A DNA stretch of 64,000 nucleotides from an uncultured Gammaproteobacteria bacterium (GCA_964510885.1 CAZEDL010000003.1:31686-95685); one strand, 5' to 3'; numbered from the stretch's first letter, positions 9,638-18,294 are shown. Made by a program: numbers and translations. Notes: generated by a model from the sequence alone, not told the origin.

Positions 9638-10630
9638 ATGCGGCGATTACTGATCTTTGGTGGTTTATTGTTTATTGCTTATTCGCTGTACCGATTTTGG
9701 CCGCGGACAGATGCGCTTGTGTCGAGTCGCCAGATATATGGCGTTAGTTTTAGTAGCGACCATGCGCGGTATCTTGGGCTTGATCCCTCGGCGGTGTATC
9801 GGACAATTCTTAATGAATGGGGTTTTAAGTATGTGCGCCTCAGTGCCCAGTGGAATCTGATTGAGCCGGAGCGGGGAATGTATGTGTGGCAGGAGTTAGA
9901 TAATTTTTTTGCCGAAGCCGCTGCTCATGGCGCAAAAATTATTTTGGTGGTGGGAGAAAAAACGCCACGCTGGCCAGAGTGTCATCTGCCGGTCTGGGCA
10001 AGAGATTTATCAGATAGTGATCGCAGAAGTGCTCGCGTAGAAATGATGACAACAGTGGTCGATCATTTTAAAGATCATCCGGCGCTCGAGATGTGGCAGG
10101 TGGAAAATGAACCGTTATTTACGTTTGGCGAATGTACTGGTTTGACCTCTGAACAATTAGCCGAGGAAATAAAATTAGTCAAAGACCGTGATCCTCATCA
10201 TCCGACCTTGGTCACTGATAGCGGCGAATTAAGCCTGTGGCGGCAGACGGCGCGGGCGGCCGATTGGTTTGGCGCCACGCTGTACCGGGTCGTATGGAAT
10301 GAGAAGTGGGGATATACGAACTATGATTGGTGGCTGCCGGCGGCAACATACCGCTGGAAGCTGTGGCTCAACAATCGCGCGCCGAGTACAGCCATGATCA
10401 GCGAATTGCAGGCCGAACCATGGGCGCCAAATAAAGACATATTTATAACGCCGCTTGAAGAGCAAGAAAAATCGATGACCGTGACGCGGCTTGAGAAAAC
10501 TATTCGCGTGGCAGAGGAAACTGGCTTTGCCCGGGCGTATCTGTGGGGAGCGGAGTGGTGGTATTGGATGCACCAGAAGCACGGCCGAGATGAGTTTTTC
10601 GAGTTTGTTAAAACTCTCAAAAAAGGATAA
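9638..10630 (+). CDS. Membrane-anchored clan GH-A glycoside hydrolase (GH42/GH5-like TIM barrel)
   Basis: N-terminal hydrophobic anchor; VRLSAQWNLIEP, WQVENEP (acid/base), SELQAEPW (nucleophile), LWGAEWW. Confidence 0.75.
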   Translation: MRRLLIFGGLLFIAYSLYRFWPRTDALVSSRQIYGVSFSSDHARYLGLDPSAVYRTILNEWGFKYVRLSAQWNLIEPERGMYVWQELDNFFAEAAAHGAKIILVVGEKTPRWPECHLPVWARDLSDSDRRSARVEMMTTVVDHFKDHPALEMWQVENEPLFTFGECTGLTSEQLAEEIKLVKDRDPHHPTLVTDSGELSLWRQTARAADWFGATLYRVVWNEKWGYTNYDWWLPAATYRWKLWLNNRAPSTAMISELQAEPWAPNKDIFITPLEEQEKSMTVTRLEKTIRVAEETGFARAYLWGAEWWYWMHQKHGRDEFFEFVKTLKKG

Positions 10631-10641
10631 AGGATCCAGTG

Positions 10642-10670
10642 TTGACTTTTATTGCTAGGTCAGTTAGTAT
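10642..10670 (+). promoter_or_regulatory. Sigma70-type promoter for the tRNA region
   Basis: TTGACT-17 nt-TAGTAT. Confidence 0.6.
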
Positions 10671-10701
10671 TTATTTCTAAATAAGTAAAGTGTTTGGTTT
10701 A

Positions 10702-10760
10702 GGGTACTTAGCTCAGTTTCAGCCAAAAGCTGATTCGCCTGTGGCTAAAAGTTAGAGCTA
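10702..10760 (+). pseudogene. tRNA 5' fragment with an insertion in the D-loop
   Basis: GGGTACTTAGCTCAGTT[about 32 nt]GTTAGAGC = acceptor 5' strand plus D-arm; no anticodon arm or T-arm follows. Confidence 0.6.
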
Positions 10761-10794
10761 TAAACAAAAATAGTAAAAAATTTTATTTAAAAAT

Positions 10795-10868
10795 GCACGC
10801 CTAGCTCAGTTGGTTAGAGCACCTCGTTTACACCGAGGGGGTCAGGGGTTCGAATCCCTTGGCGTGCA
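10795..10868 (+). tRNA. tRNA-Val(TAC)
   Basis: Full cloverleaf: GCACGCC/GGCGTGC acceptor, GCTC/GAGC D-arm, CCTCG-TT TAC AC-CGAGG, GGTTCGAATCC; CCA not encoded. Confidence 0.96.
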
Positions 10869-10872
10869 CACT

Positions 10873-10898
10873 AAAAGATTCCTAAGCGGAATCTTTTT
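10873..10898. terminator. Terminator after the tRNA, also serving the convergent kamA-like gene
   Basis: AAAAGATTCC-taagc-GGAATCTTTT. Confidence 0.7.
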
Positions 10899-10901
10899 AT
10901 A

Positions 10902-12119
10902 TTACTCGCCATCTGGAAATTCTTCCCACTTGCCGGTAACATCGCTCAAGAATTTAATAATTGGATACCGCTGTCCGGCTTTCTCTGCTGTGGTTTCGTA
11001 AAAATAATCGGTCATGGTATCTGGCACCAGTTGTTTACCGGTGTGATGCGATAATTCAAGGTGGGGGAGTTGGCCGCGGAATTCTGCAAATTTTTTTAGC
11101 CCCCGCATAACTTCTTGGGCGCGGCGCACCGAGGTGCGGAAATGTCCGGTGCGCGGAACGCTCATGGCGACTGACAGATAATGCAGTCGAACATTCTCGG
11201 TGCGGAGGCGGTGGAATAATGTGCGTAAGATAGTCGCATCATCGTTGATACCTTTTAGCAGCACAGTTTGGTTGTAGACGTGTAGTCCGGCTTGCTGCAG
11301 TGTGTGAATAGCGGTTATAGCATCCGGCCCTAGTTCATTCGGATGATTAAAGTGTGAGCCAATCTGAATTTCCACCCCGCGCGCTTTAGTTTGCCAACTG
11401 TGGGTTTGAATGGTGGCCAGCGCAGTGGCTAATTCGGGGGTGAGTCTAAAAGGGTTATGCAGGAAGCTGCGAGTATTAATACGGATAGTAGTGATCTGCG
11501 GAATGGCAGCGAGCGCACTGATACGGGCGACGAGAATTTCATCGGGCATGATAAGCGGGTCGCCACCGCTCACTAAAATTTGCCGAATGAGTGGAGCGGC
11601 AGAAATTTTTTCCACAGCCGCTTTGAATTCTTGGGGGCCGGCATTAGTTGGTACATCATGGCGCAGGGTGCGCTCTTTTTCAAAACAAAATCGGCAGAAA
11701 GAGTGGCAGGTATTTGATAGGCGCAAGACACAGATGTCCGGATATTTTTGTTGCAGCAGACGATTGGTGCCGTCGAGAAAATCAGCCGACTTTTCCCAGA
11801 CTTCATTAAATAAAAAATTGTCTGAAGCGCTTTCTTGTAGTGATGGTAGGTGCTGCAGAGCGATTGGATCATTTGGGTTAGTCCAGTCGATGAGGGAGAT
11901 AAGATAGGGGGTAAGGCGCATCTGATCGGCTCTGTTTCCATAACGGGTGGTACTGACGGCATCGATCGCTTGGGCTTGATCGCTCGGTAGCGGCACGAGG
12001 CGCGCCAGTTCAGTGCCCGAAGTGATGCAGTGAGTAAGCTGCCAGCGCCAAGATACCCAGTGGCTACTAGTCACGCCTCGGGCTTGGTAATAGGGTGGAA
12101 TAATTACTTCATTAGGCAT
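10902..12119 (-). CDS. KamA-family radical SAM protein (lysine 2,3-aminomutase-like)
   Basis: WRWQL, TPYL.SLID, DPI..Q, KYPD, CHSFCRFC, SGGDPL, HFNHPNE, NQTVLLKGINDD, HFRT; start 12119 or 12140. Confidence 0.88.
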   Translation of the reverse strand: MPNEVIIPPYYQARGVTSSHWVSWRWQLTHCITSGTELARLVPLPSDQAQAIDAVSTTRYGNRADQMRLTPYLISLIDWTNPNDPIALQHLPSLQESASDNFLFNEVWEKSADFLDGTNRLLQQKYPDICVLRLSNTCHSFCRFCFEKERTLRHDVPTNAGPQEFKAAVEKISAAPLIRQILVSGGDPLIMPDEILVARISALAAIPQITTIRINTRSFLHNPFRLTPELATALATIQTHSWQTKARGVEIQIGSHFNHPNELGPDAITAIHTLQQAGLHVYNQTVLLKGINDDATILRTLFHRLRTENVRLHYLSVAMSVPRTGHFRTSVRRAQEVMRGLKKFAEFRGQLPHLELSHHTGKQLVPDTMTDYFYETTAEKAGQRYPIIKFLSDVTGKWEEFPDGE

Positions 12120-12219
12120 ATAAGTGATTCTTGGCACCATAGCAGAAGTATCATAAAAACACTAGTTTAATCTAGCGATTAGGTATGTTTTATAGTATAC
12201 TTGGTTTTATGATTACTGT

Positions 12220-13392
12220 ATGAATGTAGCTAAAAAAAAATTCCCACCTTTAGGTGCACCACTTCGATCCACAGGCAGCTTGTCCGAGGCGGTGTTTTTG
12301 ATTACTGGTCTCACGATTGGGGCGGGTGTGCTTGGTTTGCCATATGTGATCGCGCAGGTGGGTATTAGGATAGGGGTAGGGTATATTTTAGGGCTTGGCT
12401 TAATCATGCTCCTGCTCAATAGATTAATCGGTGAGGTGGCGCTGGCGGTGGGCGGTAATTATCAGCTCGGCGGATTAGCTGGAAAATATTTGAGTCGCGG
12501 CGCAGCCGAATTTTTTAATCTTACGATTGTAGTGCGCGACAGCGGCGTGCTCCTTGCTTATTTAATCGGCGAAGGTGCAGCGCTGCAGGCTCTGTTTGGC
12601 GGCAAGGCTGAATGGTGGAGCATAGTGTTTTGGATGATAATGAGCCTGGTAGTGGCGGCGGGATTGGAGCGGCTTAAAACCGTGGAAAAATATATTAGTA
12701 TTGGAGTGATTAGTTTGCTTGTTGGGATTTCATTATTTGTATTTGGTCAATTCGAGCCAGCGTATGTAGCGTTTACTGAGGTGCGCAATTGGCTGTTGCC
12801 GTATGGCGTGATTTTATTTGCTTTGCATGCGTCGCCGGCAATTATCGAAGCGCACTCACTGATGCCAGATAATCCGAGGCGTTTCCGCCTCGCGATTGTG
12901 ATTGGGACGCTCGTGCCAATAGCTGTTTATATATTGTTTAGTGTGGCGGTCGTGGGGGCGCTTGGCCCCAAGACTACGGAGATCGCCACGGTGGGCCTTA
13001 GCCAGGCATTTGGGCCGATTTTATCGATAGTCATAAATGTGCTGGCGGTGCTGGCGATGAGCACCGGATTTATGGGGCTTGCCACCGCGTTTAAAGAAAC
13101 GCTGGTGTGGGATGAAAAAGTGCCGAATCTGTGGGCGCTATTGGTGGTGCTTGGTATCCCGTTGTTATTATTTTTATTCGGGTGGCGGGGATTTGTAACT
13201 ATTCTTGGATTAGTCGGCGGATTATTTGTTAGTCTGGAAGCACTAATACTCGTGACAGTATATGCACGAATTAATTGTCAGGCATCGGGGGACAGGAGCT
13301 ATCGTTGGCTTGGGCTTGTGCTGCCGGTGGCAGTGGCGTTTATTTGTTTTGGTGCTGTAACGGTATATCAAATAGGACAACGGTTTTTTTAA
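12220..13392 (+). CDS. Aromatic amino acid permease family (TyrP/Mtr-like)
   Basis: ITGLTIGAGVLGLPY, LPYGVILFAL, LAMSTGF; about 11 TM segments. Confidence 0.85.
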   Translation: MNVAKKKFPPLGAPLRSTGSLSEAVFLITGLTIGAGVLGLPYVIAQVGIRIGVGYILGLGLIMLLLNRLIGEVALAVGGNYQLGGLAGKYLSRGAAEFFNLTIVVRDSGVLLAYLIGEGAALQALFGGKAEWWSIVFWMIMSLVVAAGLERLKTVEKYISIGVISLLVGISLFVFGQFEPAYVAFTEVRNWLLPYGVILFALHASPAIIEAHSLMPDNPRRFRLAIVIGTLVPIAVYILFSVAVVGALGPKTTEIATVGLSQAFGPILSIVINVLAVLAMSTGFMGLATAFKETLVWDEKVPNLWALLVVLGIPLLLFLFGWRGFVTILGLVGGLFVSLEALILVTVYARINCQASGDRSYRWLGLVLPVAVAFICFGAVTVYQIGQRFF

Positions 13393-13396
13393 ATTG

Positions 13397-13432
13397 AAAT
13401 AAAAAAGAGAGCCTTGCGGCTCTTTTTTATTT
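13397..13432. terminator. Bidirectional terminator
   Basis: AAATAAAAAAGAGAGCC-ttgc-GGCTCTTTTTTATTT. Confidence 0.8.
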
Positions 13433-13537
13433 AGCTCAGTCCGGCACATCAGGAGTGCTCCTCCCTTGATACATGGTGGTGGGCCAAGGGGGAAGGATGT
13501 GCGGGGTGGCGGGGTAGAGCGGAGGGTCGGGCGCAGG

Positions 13538-13972
13538 TTAGTTCGCGTCCTGGCAGTCCTTGATCTCGGAGGCGCAGCGGCTTTTGTCCTTGATCTGTTC
13601 GAGGCAGGCGGGGCAGTCGATGCTGCGATCCGGGTGGTTCGAGTTGCAGGCTACGTCGATGTCGAACCTCGGGCCGCAGGTGTCGTGCGTACAGGCGATC
13701 ACGTTCTGGTAGGCGGCGAGGGCCTGGGGGTGCTGGCCGTCGTTGACCTTGGCGGTGCAGGCGAGTACGCAGTCCGTCTGCCCGGTGTCGCAGTGCGACT
13801 GGCACTGGATGGCCGCCCAGCAGGTCGAATCGGCCGGCTTCAGGTCGGGCCCCGGCTTCAGGTCGGGCGTCGGCTCCATGGTGCCCGCTGTGCCTGGCGG
13901 GGGCGTGCTGCTGCACGCGGTGAGTAGGAGCCAGCAAGCTCCGGCGACAATCGGACTCGTTCGGGTGTGCAT
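13538..13972 (-). CDS. Cysteine-rich putative lipoprotein in a GC-rich islet
   Basis: Signal peptide with LLTA-C lipobox, PDLKP repeats, several CxxxC/CxxC pairs; third positions almost all G/C in this frame. Confidence 0.7.
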   Translation of the reverse strand: MHTRTSPIVAGACWLLLTACSSTPPPGTAGTMEPTPDLKPGPDLKPADSTCWAAIQCQSHCDTGQTDCVLACTAKVNDGQHPQALAAYQNVIACTHDTCGPRFDIDVACNSNHPDRSIDCPACLEQIKDKSRCASEIKDCQDAN

Positions 13973-14011
13973 GGGGATCCTCCACTATCATATGCCCATT
14001 GGGGCGGCCAT

Positions 14012-14040
14012 ATCATACGCTAAAAATCATATAATATCAA
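14012..14040 (-). promoter_or_regulatory. Sigma70-type promoter for the lipoprotein gene
   Basis: TTGATA-17 nt-TATGAT on the minus strand. Confidence 0.5.
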
Positions 14041-14101
14041 GGGGAGGCTTGAATTATCGTAGGTTTTACCGTATACTCGTTTCTAACGAGAGGGGTATTA
14101 T

Positions 14102-14211
14102 TTATTGCCATGAAATGGTGTTGGTTGCCTGCTGATTCATCGCTGTCGGTCGATGGTGCGATTATTGCCAGGCAACTTCCGGGCTTTTAGCCCCTGCTAT
14201 TTCTGGCATAA
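14102..14211 (+). ncRNA. Candidate structured metK leader RNA
   Basis: Nested complementarities TGCCA.GAAAT/ATTTC.TGGCA, GTTGCCTG/CAGGCAAC, CATCG/CGATG, GGGCT/AGCCC. Confidence 0.5.
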
Positions 14212-14221
14212 CAAATTTTTT

Positions 14222-15370
14222 ATGGCTCAGAATTTTATTTTTACGTCGGAATCAGTGACCGAAGGTCATCCTGATAAAATTTGCGATCAGATTTCGGATG
14301 CCGTGCTTGATGCACTGTTAACTCAAGACAAGCATTCACATGTGGCGGTAGAATGTTTTACCACTACTGGCCTCGTGATCGTGGGTGGCGAAGTCACCAC
14401 GCGTGGGTATGTGGATGTGCAAAAGATTACGCGCGAGGTGATTGAATCGATCGGATACACTGATCCGGCCTACGGCATTGATGCGGAGCATGCCGGGATT
14501 TTGGTGTCGATTCATGAGCAGTCTCCAGATATTGCCCAGGGTGTTGATAAAAAAACGGTGGAACAGCAGGGGGCCGGGGATCAGGGTTTGATGTTTGGGT
14601 ATGCTTGCAATGAAACGCCGGATTTAATGCCTCTCCCGATCGATCTGTCGCATCGCTTGGCGCGCCGGCTTACCGAGGTGCGCAAGAAAGGTGTTATTCC
14701 GTATCTTCGGCCGGACGGAAAAACGCAGGTGGCAATCGAGTATGCTGATAATAAACCGGTACGACTTAAAAATGTGGTAGTGTCGGCGCAGCATCATCCG
14801 GAAATAAAAACGACGCAAATTCGCGCTGATATTATTAAGCACGTGATCGAGCCGGTATGTAAAGAATACCTCGATGCAAAAACTGAATTTTTTGTGAATA
14901 TGACCGGTCGCTTTGTGGTGGGTGGTCCGCAGGGTGATACTGGCTTAACTGGCCGCAAAATTATTGTTGATACGTATGGCGGTATGGGCCGACATGGGGG
15001 CGGCTGTTTCTCGGGAAAAGATCCATCGAAGGTGGACAGGAGCGGTGCCTATATGGCTCGCTATGTGGCCAAAAATATTGTGGCCGCGGGGCTCGCGGAG
15101 CGCTGCGAGGTGCAGGTGTCGTATGTGATTGGGAAAGCAGAGCCGACGAGTGTAGCGGTGAATACGTTTGGTACGGGCCGGGTGTCGGATGAAGAGTTGG
15201 TGCGCATCGTGACCAAGTTATTTGATTTCCGTCCGGGTAAGATTATCGAGCATTTGAAATTACTCCGCCCGATTTATCGCGCCACCTCGGCCTATGGCCA
15301 TTTTGGACGCCATGAATTTCCGTGGGAAAAGACGGATATGGTGAAAAAACTTAAGGCGGCGGCTAAATAA
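14222..15370 (+). CDS. metK: S-adenosylmethionine synthetase
   Basis: [50 protein letters not shown]. Confidence 0.98.
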   Translation: MAQNFIFTSESVTEGHPDKICDQISDAVLDALLTQDKHSHVAVECFTTTGLVIVGGEVTTRGYVDVQKITREVIESIGYTDPAYGIDAEHAGILVSIHEQSPDIAQGVDKKTVEQQGAGDQGLMFGYACNETPDLMPLPIDLSHRLARRLTEVRKKGVIPYLRPDGKTQVAIEYADNKPVRLKNVVVSAQHHPEIKTTQIRADIIKHVIEPVCKEYLDAKTEFFVNMTGRFVVGGPQGDTGLTGRKIIVDTYGGMGRHGGGCFSGKDPSKVDRSGAYMARYVAKNIVAAGLAERCEVQVSYVIGKAEPTSVAVNTFGTGRVSDEELVRIVTKLFDFRPGKIIEHLKLLRPIYRATSAYGHFGRHEFPWEKTDMVKKLKAAAK

Positions 15371-15388
15371 TAACTTCAAAATAAATTA

Positions 15389-15417
15389 CTAAAACCTCCG
15401 GATTACGGAGGTTTTAG
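15389..15417 (+). terminator. Terminator after metK
   Basis: CTAAAACCTCCG-gatta-CGGAGGTTTTAG. Confidence 0.75.
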
Positions 15418-15484
15418 CTCGGTGCTTTCGATCGTCGTTTTAGGTGAGGTGATAAATTCAAGAGTTAGATACTTGGCAGTTAAA

Positions 15485-15520
15485 TAAAAAATCCTGCTCA
15501 CTATAGAGCAGGATTTTTTT
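15485..15520 (-). terminator. Terminator after the convergent membrane protein gene
   Basis: AAAAAAATCCTGCTC-actata-GAGCAGGATTTTTTT. Confidence 0.75.
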
Positions 15521-15524
15521 AATT

Positions 15525-17264
15525 TTATTTAGTTCTTACTTTTGACCCGTTTCTAGCTCCCCGATCATCGGCTCTCAGAATATTATTTATTTGTCCCGTT
15601 TTTAGGTCGAATAGCTTGCCGACTTTTTTATCCTTGGCAACAAATGAAACGTTGTTGAGTAGAGTGAGCGATCTACCTACCATTACCTCGGTCGGCACCA
15701 CTGATACTTCAAAATACCAGCCCGTTTTGCTCTGCGCGGGGATGTCGAGGATGCTCCAGGTGAGTGTGCGCGTTTCAGCACTCCATTTGAGCGGGGCCCC
15801 GAGAGTCACGCTTTGTTTGCCGGTCGGTGTGACGCCTTCTGGGAGGGTGATAGTAAGCGCAGTATCTTCGATTGGATTAACGGTATTTATAGCCTCAACA
15901 AATATCCAGTACTTGGTCACACTGCCGACTTCCGGAGGTAGCGGTCCACGACCCACCTGATCACCATCGGCAGTGAAGTAACGCGGTGTGGCTGAAAGGG
16001 TAAGGTCTGTGGCAAGCGGAAGGCTGATGCCGTCACCTGTTTCGGAGTATACTTGTCCGTTGACACTATCGCTTTCAGTTTCGATTGTAGGAGTGAGCCG
16101 GAATTCAGAGATGGTTTTATCGGTAAGATTGAAACTCGAATTTAGAATCAGATTGAGTGTAAAGTCTTCGGAGCGTTGATTGGTGTCGGCTAAAGCGGTG
16201 CGGCTGCTGCTATCAATCACGAGGTCGGTGCCGTCTACTTTAATATTATTTTCTTTGGCCGTAGCTTTCAGGTCGGCGAGGCCCTCTGGCATAGATAGAC
16301 GCAGTGTAAGGTTTTTAACCGGGAAGGCGCTGCTATTTCTCCAGTTAATTTGGAGTGGAAGTGTTTGGCCTGGTTCGAGGTAGGTCTCGCTGCCAATAGC
16401 GCGCACCCCGATAGCAAGCGATGGTTTGATGGTGGTTATCTTTTGCTGAAGGGTGCTCTGGGTCACTGGTTGATTATTTGGTACCACTTGCGTGATAAAA
16501 GTGATCGTCTTGGCGCTGTCATTTCCAGTTTGCGACACGGTCCCGCTAATGACACGAATTTCATCATCTGTGAGCGTAATATTTTTTAGTGTTGTGCTGG
16601 CAGTGTAGGTCACGGCTACACCACTTTCTAGTACAGTGATGCCGGTAATAGAGCGTGAACTGTTATTTTTAAGCGTGAGCGTGAAAGGGGTAGGCACATT
16701 GGGAAATGTTGAAGAAGCTAACGCAAGCGAAGCGGTGAGGATGCTTTCTGGTAAGGTGGCCAGGTATACGCTGGCTTTTTGGTCGCGGTCGCTTGTGTTT
16801 TCAGTCTGATACGACAAGAGGGCGGTGATGCGTTCTTCTTTGCCTGGTTCGGTCCAGAGCTGTCCGGTGACGCCGACCTGGCCAGTGGCTCCAGGCGCGA
16901 GGTCATCAAGTGTAAAAATAGAAGTGGTAGAAAATACTGAGGTGGGGGTGGCGTTCCGGTCTATGATAAATCCTGGAGGCAGGTGCAGGGCGAGTGTGGG
17001 GTGTAATAGACGGTGCTTGCTGCGGTTGGTGTAGTTGATGGTGATGCGGGCCATGTCGCCACTCTTGAGGCGGGCATCGCCGAGTGAAATGTCGAGATCG
17101 ATTAAATTGGTGATGCCAGGTTTCCAGAAAAAAAAGACGGCGCTGAGGGCGAATAATCCGATGGCAAAGGTGAGTAAAATGAGGTCAAAAATAAATAATT
17201 TTTTGGGGTTGGTATACACACCATGATAATGGCGATGGTAGTGACGATGAAGAAAACTAGACAT
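15525..17264 (-). CDS. Membrane-anchored extracellular protein with repeated Ig-like (DUF11-like) domains
   Basis: Single N-terminal TM; beta-rich repeats ITINYTN..LHLPPGF, LQINWRN, LTITLPEGV; GRGPLPP.VG..TKYWI motif. Confidence 0.65.
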   Translation of the reverse strand: MSSFLHRHYHRHYHGVYTNPKKLFIFDLILLTFAIGLFALSAVFFFWKPGITNLIDLDISLGDARLKSGDMARITINYTNRSKHRLLHPTLALHLPPGFIIDRNATPTSVFSTTSIFTLDDLAPGATGQVGVTGQLWTEPGKEERITALLSYQTENTSDRDQKASVYLATLPESILTASLALASSTFPNVPTPFTLTLKNNSSRSITGITVLESGVAVTYTASTTLKNITLTDDEIRVISGTVSQTGNDSAKTITFITQVVPNNQPVTQSTLQQKITTIKPSLAIGVRAIGSETYLEPGQTLPLQINWRNSSAFPVKNLTLRLSMPEGLADLKATAKENNIKVDGTDLVIDSSSRTALADTNQRSEDFTLNLILNSSFNLTDKTISEFRLTPTIETESDSVNGQVYSETGDGISLPLATDLTLSATPRYFTADGDQVGRGPLPPEVGSVTKYWIFVEAINTVNPIEDTALTITLPEGVTPTGKQSVTLGAPLKWSAETRTLTWSILDIPAQSKTGWYFEVSVVPTEVMVGRSLTLLNNVSFVAKDKKVGKLFDLKTGQINNILRADDRGARNGSKVRTK

Positions 17265-17359
17265 ATAACGTATTAAAAACAGATGGGTTAATTATGGATT
17301 TATTGCTGGTCTTTGTCAAACAAAAACCTCCTCTTTTTAGGAGAGGAGGTAATAGTTGG

Positions 17360-17683
17360 TTATTCTTTTGTCGCTTCAGAATTTTTGTCTGCGGCCGGAG
17401 TTAAAGATTTCGGGTTCGGGGAGTAGAGGGGGTTTTTGATTTTCCATTTATCGACAAATTGACCGATGCCTTTTTTTACTAATTTATTTTTGATGGTGGT
17501 GTGGCGTTGTGACCATTTGACCAGGCTCTCAAAGTTTAGTTTATAGCGGCCGCTGACAATGACGTAGGTCACTTCTTGAGCTTTAATAGCGCGGCGAATA
17601 GTTTGGGTATTTACCCCGAATAAGCGGGCGGCTTCGGAGATTGAAACACGAATAATTTCTTTGGCTGGAAGGGAGGCCTCCAT
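17360..17683 (-). CDS. Excisionase/BldC-like (HTH_17, MerR-type) DNA-binding protein
   Basis: VSISEAARLFGVNTQTIRRAIK helix-turn-helix followed by GRYKL wing; basic C-terminus. Confidence 0.8.
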   Translation of the reverse strand: MEASLPAKEIIRVSISEAARLFGVNTQTIRRAIKAQEVTYVIVSGRYKLNFESLVKWSQRHTTIKNKLVKKGIGQFVDKWKIKNPLYSPNPKSLTPAADKNSEATKE

Positions 17684-17698
17684 ATTCAAGCGGGGCTA

Positions 17699-17898
17699 TT
17701 TGTCTATATATTTCTAAACAAAATCGACTATAGTATAGCAGAAAATGGGCGGATTGTCAAACGTTGTAGCGGCAACAGCGCAGCAAGAAAGTGCTGTTTT
17801 TGTATACAATAGTCTATACAAAAATAGAAATTTTAGCTTACTGTGTCGGAATGTTCTTTGTTTAAAAATATTTTTTGTATACAATAATCTATACAAAA
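17699..17898. promoter_or_regulatory. Three palindromic sites TTTGTmTA-N8-TAwACAAA
   Basis: 17699-17722 TTTGTCTA-TATATTTC-TAAACAAA; 17797-17824 TTTTTGTATA-CAATAGTC-TATACAAAAA; 17873-17898 TTTTGTATA-CAATAATC-TATACAAAA. Confidence 0.75.
17732..17760 (-). promoter_or_regulatory. Near-consensus sigma70 promoter of the HTH gene
   Basis: TTGACA-17 nt-TATACT with extended TGn on the minus strand. Confidence 0.8.
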
Positions 17899-17959
17899 TT
17901 GCATTTTTATCGATCTGGATCAGGGCCTTCTCGTTAAAAAGCGAAGGGATTCTTCCTAA

Positions 17960-18123
17960 GCCTTGAATTACGAAGCTCACCTGTCATCCCATTCGGCTGC
18001 GACGCCTCAGGGCAGGCTCTGAACGAACGTGAAGGCTCTCTGTCCAATTGGCCACTATACCGACCGACAGAGATTCTTCGTTTCACTCAGAATGACAAAA
18101 TTGGTAGTTTCGTAATTCAGAGC
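17960..18123. mobile_element. MITE-like element with a nested palindromic repeat
   Basis: Terminal IRs GCCTTGAATTACGAA / TTCGTAATTCAGAGC (13 of 15 match) flanked by TAA on both sides; internal TGTCATC...CTGAACGAACGTGAAG...AGATTCTTCGTTTCACTCAGAATGACA hairpin. Confidence 0.7.
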
Positions 18124-18142
18124 TAAACCGGCCTTAATTATA

Positions 18143-18171
18143 TTGACTTTTTTACCTTTTTTTGGTAGTGT
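18143..18171 (+). promoter_or_regulatory. Sigma70-type promoter upstream of the ECF sigma gene
   Basis: TTGACT-17 nt-TAGTGT. Confidence 0.5.
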
Positions 18172-18294
18172 GGCGCGTATGTTCTACTGGCTTGTACTGC
18201 TTTAAAAATAGCTTAGTAACAGCCTTTAGCAAGATAGTATATGGTATACTGGGAGCACTGCAGCGCTGCCGTACCTGCTAAGGATAGGTAAGGG

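Noticed and set aside
13449-14135. Alternative overlapping ORFs in the GC-rich islet (13449-13991, 13466-13927, 13743-14135)
   Set aside because: Expected shadow frames of GC-rich DNA; only 13538-13972 has a signal peptide, lipobox and G/C third-position bias
17360-17683. Excisionase-like gene as a prophage or ICE marker
   Set aside because: No integrase, phage structural or conjugation genes in the window
17797-17898. Near-identical 26-bp repeats as a CRISPR array
   Set aside because: Only two close copies plus one degenerate copy, unequal spacing, no cas genes; better explained as binding sites
17714-17980. ORFs 17714-17980 and 17745-17966
   Set aside because: They translate the promoter, palindromes and MITE end; the repeated peptide only mirrors the DNA repeat
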